From: an uncultured Bacillales bacterium
GTDB taxonomy: Bacteria > Bacillota_I > Bacilli_A > RF39 > UBA660
DNA length: 64,000 bases
Direction of reading: 5' to 3'
Assembly: GCA_947564265.1 (NCBI GenBank)
Contig: CANOBK010000003.1
Span: 24,331 to 88,330, forward strand
In this document: positions 9,826 through 18,222 of the stretch, piece after piece
Numbering within the stretch: position 1 is the first letter of the stretch
Layout: the number at the start of each line of letters is the position of its first letter
Program-made: the position numbers and the translations under genes
The notes under the pieces: model-generated
Databases searched by the model: none
What the model saw: the letters and a program-made list of their open reading frames with translations, nothing else
Told to the model about the DNA's origin: nothing

Positions 9826-10788
9826 CTATTTTAATATTTCTAATAGTTGATTTTTGACTTTATTGATGCTTTTTTCTTGGATCTGTGTCGCAGCCTCTTG
9901 TGGACCTCCGCCACCACCTAGTTTTTCTAAAAGAGCTCCAACATCAAATTTTCCTTCACTTCGCGCACTGATACCGATAGTGTCATCGGAGATTTTCCCT
10001 ACGACGAAAGATGCGGTAATCCCGTTAAATTGAAGAAGTGTATCGGCAACTTTGGCAAGTTCTTCTCGTTTGTATTTGACAGAATCATCTCCTGTTGTAA
10101 CCGCAAATTTTTCATCAATAATTTCTACATCGATAATTACTTTTTGTCTTATTATATAATCTTTGATATCTTGTTTCAAGTAATATTGAACTTTCCTTGG
10201 ATCTGCACCAAAAGAAGTTAGATGATATGCTGCAAAATATGTTTTCGCTTGCGTTTTTACAACAAAGTTATTGGTATCTAGAACGATTCCACCTAAAATG
10301 GTGGTTGAAATTTCTGGTTCTAATCTGATTCCATAGTAATAGATTAATTCGGTGATTAGTTCGCAAGCACTTGATGATTCTGTATCGATTAGAATCATTC
10401 CGTTTTGAATACTAGATGAATTAGGCTGATGATGATCAATGACGATCACATCTTCAAATTCAGTTAATAAATCGCTATTTTGGAGAAGTTTTTCTTTATT
10501 AGTATCTACGACTACTAATAAGTTTTTGACTTTCTTTTTCTTAGATAAATCACTACTTTTAACAAATCTACTTTTCGGAGTTTGATTAATAATCTTTTCT
10601 ACAGCAGGTTCAAATGTCTCATCATCAATAATAATATAGGCTTCCCTTTTAAATTTTTCAACGATATAAGACATTCCTAGGGCACTTCCAATCGCATCTA
10701 AATCTAAATCTTTATGCCCAACAATAAATACCACTTCGTGGTTTTTTATAATTTTTCTTAATTCTTTGGCTTTTTCTAAAATCTTCAT
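9826..10788 (-). CDS. DHH/DHHA1-family phosphoesterase (stand-alone, in the GdpP/YybT position)
   Basis: 320 aa. DHH motifs DLDAIGS, VVVDTN, VIDHH, then a DHHA1 Gly-rich motif [11 protein letters not shown]. Confidence 0.8.
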   Translation of the reverse strand: MKILEKAKELRKIIKNHEVVFIVGHKDLDLDAIGSALGMSYIVEKFKREAYIIIDDETFEPAVEKIINQTPKSRFVKSSDLSKKKKVKNLLVVVDTNKEKLLQNSDLLTEFEDVIVIDHHQPNSSSIQNGMILIDTESSSACELITELIYYYGIRLEPEISTTILGGIVLDTNNFVVKTQAKTYFAAYHLTSFGADPRKVQYYLKQDIKDYIIRQKVIIDVEIIDEKFAVTTGDDSVKYKREELAKVADTLLQFNGITASFVVGKISDDTIGISARSEGKFDVGALLEKLGGGGGPQEAATQIQEKSINKVKNQLLEILK

Positions 10789-10941
10789 AATGCTCCCTTC
10801 TAATCTGCAACTTTATTATACTACAAGTTTTGGTTTCTGTCATCTTTCTTCTAGGAGAGGGATGCCTATCTTTGCCGTACTTTATTCCCTATTTTTACTT
10901 CTTTTAGGTTATTATTATACTATGAATTTGTTCTTTTACAA

Positions 10942-10970
10942 AGAAAAAAGATAAACTTTTCGTTCATCTT
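10942..10970 (-). terminator. rho-independent terminator after rpsR
   Basis: - strand AAGATGAAC / GTTTATCTT, a 9-bp stem with one G-U pair (plus coordinates 10948-10970), followed by a T-run. It abuts the stop codon. Confidence 0.55.
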
Positions 10971-11185
10971 TATTTTGTATATGGAATTAAACCAATTGCA
11001 CGAGCACGTTTGATTTGTTGTGCGATATGTCTTTGGTGTTTTGCACAAGCTCCTGTAATTCTTCTTGGTAAAATTTTTCCTTTGTCATTAATATATTTTT
11101 TTAAAGTATCTACATCTTTATAGTCAATTTCTTTTCCAGTACACATGTAACATACTTTTTTCTTTTTTCTATAAAATTCTGCCAT
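10970..11185 (-). CDS. rpsR: 30S ribosomal protein S18
   Basis: 71 aa. ..[35 protein letters not shown].. Confidence 0.95.
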   Translation of the reverse strand: MAEFYRKKKKVCYMCTGKEIDYKDVDTLKKYINDKGKILPRRITGACAKHQRHIAQQIKRARAIGLIPYTK

Positions 11186-11202
11186 GATCTATTTCTCCTT
11201 CC

Positions 11203-11682
11203 TTAGAATGGTAATTCATCATCACTAATCTCAATAGAAGCACCGAAATCTGCAAAAGGGTCTGAAGATACATCTGTTGTATTAGAAGTAGCTGGTGCTG
11301 GTTGTTCAAAATCGTATGGAGTAGGTCCCTCCATGGATTGTCCGCCACCCATATTACCATTACTTCCTTTACTATCTAAGAATTGTACATTGTCAGCAAT
11401 TACTTCTGTTACATATCTTTTTGATCCATCTTGTGCATCATAGGTACGAGTTTGAATGCGCCCATCGATTGCTACTTGACTTCCTTTTGTTAGATAATTT
11501 TTTACGTTTTCTGCTTGTTTTCTCCAAACAACGATATTAATAAAATCTGCTTCACGTTCTCCATTTTGATTAGTGAAATTTCTGTTTACTGCAATACTAA
11601 ATGATGCAGTAGGAATGTTACTACTTGTATATCTTAATTCTGGGTCTCTTGTTAATCTTCCGATTAGAAATACTTTATTCAT
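11203..11682 (-). CDS. ssb: single-stranded DNA-binding protein
   Basis: 159 aa. OB-fold N-terminus MNKVFLIGRLTRDPELRYT, Gly/Ser-rich linker, acidic tip DDELPF. Confidence 0.95.
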   Translation of the reverse strand: MNKVFLIGRLTRDPELRYTSSNIPTASFSIAVNRNFTNQNGEREADFINIVVWRKQAENVKNYLTKGSQVAIDGRIQTRTYDAQDGSKRYVTEVIADNVQFLDSKGSNGNMGGGQSMEGPTPYDFEQPAPATSNTTDVSSDPFADFGASIEISDDELPF

Positions 11683-11695
11683 ATTAATTCCTCTC

Positions 11696-11986
11696 TTAAT
11701 CTTCTACTCTTACTACGATATGACGAATGATGTTTTCATTAATTCGAGATATACGCTCAAATTCTTTTGTTGTTTCTAAATTCTCAGTTTCGATTATGAA
11801 TAGGAAATAATACCCAGTCTTATACTTGTTCATTTCGTATGCTAGGTCTCTTTGCCCCATTTCTTTTGCTTCAAGAATTTTTCCACCATTAGAAGTAACA
11901 ACCTCTTTCATACTGTCTGCTACAGCTTTGATTGCAGTCTCTTCTAAATCAGGCTTCACGATAAACATTAATTCATATTTTCTCAT
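11696..11986 (-). CDS. rpsF: 30S ribosomal protein S6
   Basis: 96 aa, MRKYELMFIVKPDLEE.., in the rpsF-ssb-rpsR gene order. Confidence 0.95.
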   Translation of the reverse strand: MRKYELMFIVKPDLEETAIKAVADSMKEVVTSNGGKILEAKEMGQRDLAYEMNKYKTGYYFLFIIETENLETTKEFERISRINENIIRHIVVRVED

Positions 11987-12050
11987 TGTTTACACCTCCT
12001 TTTGGACATAAGGCCAATTTCTTGGCAAGGAGTATTAAATACTCGTTAGT

Positions 12051-12079
12051 ACTATACCAAAAAAAAACGAGAATGTAAA
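12051..12079 (-). promoter_or_regulatory. sigmaA-type promoter of rpsF-ssb-rpsR
   Basis: On the - strand: TTTACA (12074-12079), 17-nt spacer, TGg-TATAGT (12051-12059). The ~45-nt 5' UTR holds two hairpins (12013-12026 and 12030-12044) before the AAAGGAGGTG RBS. Confidence 0.55.
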
Positions 12080-12129
12080 TGTTTTTCTCATTTTTTCTCA
12101 ATTTATTCCGTTAAAATATTGTTGATTAT

Positions 12130-12786
12130 TTAATTTTTTTTAAGTTCTAGCTTTTTAACAAGTCCCATAGATTCTGGTAAATAATGATAACAATTATATT
12201 GATTTATTTTTGGCACAAAATCAATTTGATTACTGTCCTGTAGAATTAATTCTTGTTGGTTTTTATTATAAACAGCATCAATCCGACTTTGATTTGTTAG
12301 ATAAAATTGATGATCACCACGTAAAGTTGGTCCCTGCGTAACAATCGTAATTGGTACATAAAATTTATCGAAAGGGCTTCTAATTTGGATCAGTATCCGA
12401 TTGATATCTAATAAATCTGATTGAGATTGAGAGCCACTTTTTAAATACTGAAAACAGTTATTTGGATTTAATCCTTTCTTTTTGGCATATTGATAGGTAT
12501 TTTCTAATCTATGCTTTATGGTTTCTTCTTCAACTGCTTCTGGCAATTGTTCTAATAATTCTGTAAATTCATCTGTTGCTTCCATCCAGCACTCTTCTAA
12601 CCGATACCTATCAAAATCAAATGGTTTCGAATTTTCTATCATTCCTTTGATAGAAAAAGGATCATATTTCATTGGACTGTTTTTTTTCTTAGATTCTTTT
12701 ATTTTTTCTTGATAAAAATGAGCTACTGTTACTTCTGAATTTATTGTAAAGTCAGAGACATATCCTGTTCTATAAATATATGCCAT
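12130..12786 (-). CDS. hypothetical protein (218 aa)
   Basis: Long ORF directly downstream of the paralogue array. No recognised domain. Confidence 0.7.
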   Translation of the reverse strand: MAYIYRTGYVSDFTINSEVTVAHFYQEKIKESKKKNSPMKYDPFSIKGMIENSKPFDFDRYRLEECWMEATDEFTELLEQLPEAVEEETIKHRLENTYQYAKKKGLNPNNCFQYLKSGSQSQSDLLDINRILIQIRSPFDKFYVPITIVTQGPTLRGDHQFYLTNQSRIDAVYNKNQQELILQDSNQIDFVPKINQYNCYHYLPESMGLVKKLELKKN

Positions 12787-12847
12787 GGTTACTCCCCCCT
12801 CTTTTTTTTCAGAGTATTATAGCCATTTTTTTTTAATATGTCAATTC

Positions 12848-13432
12848 CTACTGATATTTTTTTACTAATTCATTATTTCTTTCAATTAAAGGATTTTTAT
12901 CTTTTTGTAGATCAGTATCCCTAATTTGTTTGATACGACGATTCAGTTCCATACGAACATCTACAGATTGTTCACATTCTTTATACATTTTTAATTGTTT
13001 TCCATACTCTAAGGCCCACTCCCTTACCTTTTTCATGGATTCTATATTTTTTTCTTGCTCTAGCCATTCTATAATTTGATTATCTATAATACGTTTACCA
13101 GAGTATTCGAAATTTCTTGTACAGTTGGGGTCTTCTTTCTTCTCAGTCATCGAAACATCCCATTGTCTCGTTTTAACTCCTATACATACAAATCTCACTG
13201 GATCTGTCATCTCAATAAATTTTTTATGACTAAAAATGATTGGAATTTCCGTTCCATAAAGTCGATATCCATCTCTTTTGTATTCGTAAGGTTCAATCAA
13301 TATTTCGGAACTCACTTCTTTTCTTCCGACTCCAACCCAATAAGGATTAATCCACCTGTAACTAACTACTTCTATGGCTGGTAATAATATTTTATTTCTT
13401 TTTACGATAAACGCCTCTAATTGACTTTCCAT
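12848..13432 (-). CDS. hypothetical protein, paralogue C of a three-member tandem family
   Basis: 194 aa. Shares LEAFIVKR.K.LLP, LYGTEIPIIF, C.GV..RQW, WLE.E.NIESMK.VREWA..YG and the C-terminal NNELV..YQ with ORFs 13480-14058 and 15034-15630. Confidence 0.8.
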   Translation of the reverse strand: MESQLEAFIVKRNKILLPAIEVVSYRWINPYWVGVGRKEVSSEILIEPYEYKRDGYRLYGTEIPIIFSHKKFIEMTDPVRFVCIGVKTRQWDVSMTEKKEDPNCTRNFEYSGKRIIDNQIIEWLEQEKNIESMKKVREWALEYGKQLKMYKECEQSVDVRMELNRRIKQIRDTDLQKDKNPLIERNNELVKKYQ

Positions 13433-13479
13433 TTACCAAAACACCCCTACCTTAAAAAACTGATATTTGGTTATTTTTA

Positions 13480-14058
13480 TTACTGATATCTAGCAACTAA
13501 TTCGTTATTTCTATTTACCATTTCTTTAATTTTTTGCGTCTGTCTTTCTGCTTCAGCCTGACGATGATATCTCCGACTTCGTACAGCTTCTACTTCTCGC
13601 TGGTGTATAGCTTCTTGTACTTTTTTACACTCTTCACCATATTGAATTGCCCACTCTCTGACCCTTTTCATAGACTCAATATTTTGTTCATTTTCTAGCC
13701 ATGCAATTATGTCTTCGTCTGTGATATACTTTCCTTTATAATGAAATTCTCCATCTGGGTGACTTCGCTTCATAGAACTAGAAACTTCCCATTGCCTTGC
13801 TTCGACTCCTATACAAGTTTTCATATTTGGGTTTGTCATTTCAGACCATCGCGGATAACAAAAGATAATAGGAATCTCTGTACCATATAGACAGTATCCG
13901 CTTGCAGTTTCCTCTTTTGCTTCAATTAATACTTCTTTGTTCACAGTTCTTTTAGATGAACACCAAGCGGTACAATCCACTTGTCCTCTATCTGTTATTT
14001 TTGGCAATAACACTTTTCTTCTTTTTACTATAAATGCTTCTAATGTATTTTCTGTCAT
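13480..14058 (-). CDS. hypothetical protein, paralogue B
   Basis: 192 aa with a strong AAGGAGGAATTCAA-ATG initiation region identical to paralogue A. Nt 13626-13747 are ~93% identical to 15189-15310. Confidence 0.8.
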   Translation of the reverse strand: MTENTLEAFIVKRRKVLLPKITDRGQVDCTAWCSSKRTVNKEVLIEAKEETASGYCLYGTEIPIIFCYPRWSEMTNPNMKTCIGVEARQWEVSSSMKRSHPDGEFHYKGKYITDEDIIAWLENEQNIESMKRVREWAIQYGEECKKVQEAIHQREVEAVRSRRYHRQAEAERQTQKIKEMVNRNNELVARYQ

Positions 14059-14173
14059 TTGAATTCCTCCTTAAGTTGCTTTTTATTCTAACATAAAAAA
14101 AGAAAAAAGCAATATAAATTACTTTAATCTCTCTATCGTTTTAGATAAACTTTATTTTTCTTTTTATAAATTC

Positions 14174-14243
14174 CAGCAATTCTTTACACCCTTCACCATA
14201 TTGAATTGCCACTCTTTGACCCTTTTCATAGATTCCATATTAT
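14174..14243 (-). pseudogene. orphan fragment of a fourth paralogue (central conserved block only)
   Basis: ~70 nt alignable to 15177-15248 and 13626-13685 (the region encoding ..NIESMKRV.EW....). It has a 1-nt deletion and several substitutions and no start or stop context. It abuts the stop codon of the S51 peptidase gene. Confidence 0.7.
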
Positions 14244-14244
14244 T

Positions 14245-14904
14245 TTATACTTCAAACCATTCTCCTTCACTAATCACTTTAATATTTTCACCATCTATAA
14301 AAACAGCACTATTATCATCCATAACATATAATTTTCTACCATCAGTTTCTTTTAAACTTTTACTTGCGATTATTAAATTTTCTTTTCTTATTTTTGGAAA
14401 CCATTTACTATTAAGATGAGGTATAAATTGAAAATCTACTAGTCCTAAACCATCTATTGGAAAATCTTTTATGTTTTCATCAAATAAATCTTGACATGAA
14501 TTACAAATAGTTGGACATAAAACACAACTTCCAGCACTTGCCCCAATCCAAATACGAGTTTCTAATAATTCTTTTAAATGTTCTTCTAATCCGGAAGTTT
14601 TTATACTTTTTCTTAACCACTGCGCATTACCTCCTTCAAAGAAAAAAACATCAGCCCATTCAAATCTTGGTAAAAGATTTTCTATCCCAATTCCATTAAT
14701 ATCGCATACATCTATTTTAAAACCTAACTTTTTAAAACTTTCCATATCCTCTATCAGCCAATCGTTCATTTCTCCACCATCATAGTTGGATGCTGTTGTA
14801 CAAAACAACATTTTTAGATTTTTAAAATCTTTTCCTATCATATTTTTTAGTTCTTTTTCCATACTCTTGTTTAAGATTCCACCAGAAGTTAAAACTAATT
14901 TCAT
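14245..14904 (-). CDS. peptidase S51 (dipeptidase E-like) family protein
   Basis: 219 aa. MKLVLTSGG.., nucleophile elbow IGASAGS, ..FIPHLN.. His. Confidence 0.75.
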   Translation of the reverse strand: MKLVLTSGGILNKSMEKELKNMIGKDFKNLKMLFCTTASNYDGGEMNDWLIEDMESFKKLGFKIDVCDINGIGIENLLPRFEWADVFFFEGGNAQWLRKSIKTSGLEEHLKELLETRIWIGASAGSCVLCPTICNSCQDLFDENIKDFPIDGLGLVDFQFIPHLNSKWFPKIRKENLIIASKSLKETDGRKLYVMDDNSAVFIDGENIKVISEGEWFEV

Positions 14905-15033
14905 AAACTAACTCTCCTAATTCTCTAATTCAATATCAAAAAATTTCTATCGTTTTTGATTGAACTTTATCCATCATTTATAAGACTTTTTCTACAACAA
15001 TCACATTTTGATTTTGTTTGGTTTCTTGGATGT

Positions 15034-15630
15034 TTATTGATATCTTGAGACTAATTCATCTCTTCTAGCTACCATTTTCTTTATTTTTTCAGCATTTTCT
15101 TCATTGTCTAAGTACTCTGAATACTGAGCAGAAGCATCTCTTATTCTTTGTTCTTTTTTTCTCTGATTAATAACTTCTAGCAATTCTTTACACTCTTCAC
15201 CATATTGAATTGCCCACTCTCTGACCCTTTTCATCGATTCAATATTTTGTTCATTTTCTAGCCATGCAATTACGTCTTCATCTGTAATAAATTTCCCATT
15301 ATAATGAAATGGTCCATTTAGTTGATTTATTTTCATAAATTTTGCAATTTCCACTTGCTTGGTTCTAACACCTAGGCAAGTTTCCATTTTAGGATCAGTT
15401 TTCTCAAAAGTACTAGGATAAGAGAATATGATTGGGATTTCTGTACCATATAAATTGTATCCATTTACAGTTTCTTCTTTGGCTTCAATTAGTATCTCTT
15501 TACGAACAGTATTTCTATCAGTAGAACAGCACCAAAATGTATTGTTAGAATTAGACTCTCGATTTTTTAATCCAGGTAATAATACTTGCTTTCTTTTTAC
15601 TACAAATGCTCCTAATGTATTTGCTTTCAT
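15034..15630 (-). CDS. hypothetical protein, paralogue A
   Basis: Start set at MKANTLGAFVVKRKQ.. (ATG 15628-15630), preceded by AAGGAGGAATTCAA. The ORF-track extension to 15717 would run through the BI-1 terminator and stop codon. Confidence 0.8.
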   Translation of the reverse strand: MKANTLGAFVVKRKQVLLPGLKNRESNSNNTFWCCSTDRNTVRKEILIEAKEETVNGYNLYGTEIPIIFSYPSTFEKTDPKMETCLGVRTKQVEIAKFMKINQLNGPFHYNGKFITDEDVIAWLENEQNIESMKRVREWAIQYGEECKELLEVINQRKKEQRIRDASAQYSEYLDNEENAEKIKKMVARRDELVSRYQ

Positions 15631-15670
15631 TTGAATTCCTCCTTTAAGTAATTTAATTTTATCATAAGCA

Positions 15671-15698
15671 AAAGAAAAAAGTAAGATTCTTCTTACTT
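15671..15698 (-). terminator. rho-independent terminator after BI-1 family gene
   Basis: Stem AAGTAAG (15679-15685) / CTTACTT (15692-15698), followed by a T-run on the - strand. It overlaps the stop codon by 1 nt. Confidence 0.5.
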
Positions 15699-16339
15699 TA
15701 ATCGTCGTTTTGACCAAATAGTCTTAATAAATCATAGATTATATTAATAAAGTCTAGGTATAATTGGAAAGCCCCATAGATTGCTAGATTATCTTCTTCG
15801 ATGGAACCCTCTAGTCGCTTGATACTTTGAATATCATAAGCGATATATCCCAAGAATACTAAAATACTGATACATGTTACTACTAAATCAAAGGCTTCGT
15901 TCTGCATAAAGATATTGATTACAGAGCAAATTACGACTCCAAGCAACATCATTAGTAGAAACGTTCCTATTTTTGTTAAATCTAGTTTGGTGAAATATCC
16001 AAGAAGTGCAAATAGTAGGAATAAAATCGATGCAATTAAGAATACAAGCATGATAGATTCTATTTTATAGACAATGAATATTGCAGAAAAACTTAAACCA
16101 CTTAAGAAAGAATAGATTAAGTAACAAGTTTTGGCAGTGATAGGACTCATTTTGTGAATTCTTGCACTTAAGAAAACAGCAACTGCTAATTCCAAGATAA
16201 TTAAAAATATGTAACCATTATTTACAAAGATAAATTCTAATGCACTTTGATTGGTTTTTGTATAAATTCCTGTTACAAATGTAACTAAAAGGCCTACAAA
16301 TAGCCATAAAAATACTTTTGAATAAATTTTATTTTTCAT
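15698..16339 (-). CDS. Bax inhibitor-1/YccA family membrane protein
   Basis: 213 aa with ~7 TM segments. MKNKIYSKVFLWLFVGLLVTF.. and C-terminal ..AIYGAFQLYLDFINI.. are typical of the BI-1 family. Confidence 0.8.
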   Translation of the reverse strand: MKNKIYSKVFLWLFVGLLVTFVTGIYTKTNQSALEFIFVNNGYIFLIILELAVAVFLSARIHKMSPITAKTCYLIYSFLSGLSFSAIFIVYKIESIMLVFLIASILFLLFALLGYFTKLDLTKIGTFLLMMLLGVVICSVINIFMQNEAFDLVVTCISILVFLGYIAYDIQSIKRLEGSIEEDNLAIYGAFQLYLDFINIIYDLLRLFGQNDD

Positions 16340-16356
16340 TTTATCACCCTTCTTTA

Positions 16357-17064
16357 TTATATTCTTTTTGGTTGTTTCCCATCCGTATCTGCCATTTCTG
16401 CCCGATTTGATTTGTCTTTTAATCTTGCTTGTTCCTTTTCGTATTCCTCTAGATGTAAATACTCAAATTGTGAGCCAAAAAATTGAAGGATCTCCTTTGC
16501 TTCATCTAGTGGCATTCTACAAATCTCGTTTAGCGTAATGCACTCCAGAACCTTTGGATAATAAGTTATCGCTGACGTAGAATATTTTCCATTTGTAAGA
16601 CGTCCTTTATTGTATGATAAATAAGTTTCATAGTCATTGATTGCTGTTTTTAAACGATATAAATCGGTATTGACGTTTACTGGTATATATTGATTAATTC
16701 TTCTTTCGCACTTTTCTTTTTCTGTTGCTGGTTCTTCTGGATGTTTTAAATCCCAAATACCTTCTACCTCTCCTTCTAGTAATTGATTAATAAGAGAAAC
16801 TAGTTTTGGATCTTTATACTCGGTATAAGACCATTTATATTCTTTAAAATTTTCTCCCTCATAAATCGGTTCTCGATTCATAAATTCGAATCGAATTCTT
16901 GTTTTTGGATCACTTTCTGGTTGGTCCATTCCTCTAGAGGTAGCTAATTGAAGTATCTCAGCACAATTGCTTTGAATTATTTTTTTTAATTGTTCTAGTG
17001 ATTCTTTATCTATCGAGACTTCATACTTTATAATACAATCGTCTTCTATTTCATAATAAACCAT
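16357..17064 (-). CDS. hypothetical protein (235 aa)
   Basis: Long acidic ORF between BI-1 and ychF. No recognised domain. Confidence 0.7.
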   Translation of the reverse strand: MVYYEIEDDCIIKYEVSIDKESLEQLKKIIQSNCAEILQLATSRGMDQPESDPKTRIRFEFMNREPIYEGENFKEYKWSYTEYKDPKLVSLINQLLEGEVEGIWDLKHPEEPATEKEKCERRINQYIPVNVNTDLYRLKTAINDYETYLSYNKGRLTNGKYSTSAITYYPKVLECITLNEICRMPLDEAKEILQFFGSQFEYLHLEEYEKEQARLKDKSNRAEMADTDGKQPKRI

Positions 17065-17073
17065 AATCTTCCC

Positions 17074-18174
17074 CTATACGTTAAATCTGAAATGACAGAT
17101 ATCTCCATCTTGCATTAAATAATCTTTTCCTTCTAGTCTCATTTTTCCTGCTTCTTTTACTTTTAGTTCACTACCACAGTCAATTAAATCTTGATAAGAG
17201 ATGACCTCTGCCCTAATAAATCCTTTTTCAAAGTCTGTATGAATAATTCCAGCACACTGCTTGGCATTCATACCTTTTTTATAGGTCCAAGCTCTTACTT
17301 CATCAGTTCCTACTGTGAAATAAGTAGAAAGTCCTAATAAATCATAGGTTGCCTGAATTAATTGATCGAGTCCACTCATTTCGATTCCTAACGCTTCTAA
17401 CATTTCTTTTTTATCATTTTCTTCTAGTTGACTTAATTCTTCCTCTATCTTAGCACATACTTTAATTACTTTTGAATTTTCTTTTGATGCATACTCTTTT
17501 ACTTTTTTAACATGTTCATTATCTTCAGTTGATACTTCTTCTTCATTGATATTTGCCATATAGATAATTGGTTTTAGTGTTAAAAAGTTGTAGGACTTAA
17601 TAGAAAGTCTTTCTTCATCAGTAAAATCAACGGAACGAAGTGCTTGATTCTTTTCTAAGGCAGACTTTGCTTTTTCTAAGGCATCTAATTCTATTTGATC
17701 TTCTTTGTCTTTGGATGCTCTTAATTTTTTTGAGATTTTCTCGATTCGATTTCCAATACTTTCTAAGTCAGCTAAAATGAGTTCCAAGTTAATGATTTCA
17801 ATATCACGAATGGGATCTACTGCTCCCTCTACATGAATAATATCCCCATTTTCAAAGCATCTTACTACTTCTACAATCGCATCTGTTTCTCTAATATGAG
17901 ATAAGAATTTATTTCCCAAACCTTCTCCTTGGCTAGCTCCCTTTACTAATCCTGCGATATCTGTAAATTCATAAGCAGTTGGGATTAATCGTTCTGGATG
18001 ATACATATCATTTAGTTTTTCTAATCTTTGATCTGGTACTGTTACCACTCCTACATTTGGGTCAATGGTGGCGAATGGGTAGTTCGCTGCTAAAATACTC
18101 TTTTTTGTAATCGCATTGAATAACGTGGATTTTCCGACATTTGGTAGTCCAACAATTCCTGCTGTTAAACCCAT
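17074..18174 (-). CDS. ychF: redox-regulated ATPase YchF
   Basis: 366 aa. G1 motif GIVGLPNVGKSTLFNA, TGS-like C-terminus ..GFIRAEV.. Confidence 0.95.
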   Translation of the reverse strand: MGLTAGIVGLPNVGKSTLFNAITKKSILAANYPFATIDPNVGVVTVPDQRLEKLNDMYHPERLIPTAYEFTDIAGLVKGASQGEGLGNKFLSHIRETDAIVEVVRCFENGDIIHVEGAVDPIRDIEIINLELILADLESIGNRIEKISKKLRASKDKEDQIELDALEKAKSALEKNQALRSVDFTDEERLSIKSYNFLTLKPIIYMANINEEEVSTEDNEHVKKVKEYASKENSKVIKVCAKIEEELSQLEENDKKEMLEALGIEMSGLDQLIQATYDLLGLSTYFTVGTDEVRAWTYKKGMNAKQCAGIIHTDFEKGFIRAEVISYQDLIDCGSELKVKEAGKMRLEGKDYLMQDGDICHFRFNV

Positions 18175-18222
18175 AGTATCCCTCTTTTCTTATCTAGTAT
18201 TATAACATGTTTTTACTCTTTC

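Noticed and set aside
10766-10954. 62-aa + strand ORF in the rpsR-DHH intergenic region.
   Set aside because: It overlaps the start of the DHH gene and the rpsR terminator, has no RBS and gives a hydrophobic low-complexity translation. The region is better explained as the promoter/terminator spacer of the - strand operons.
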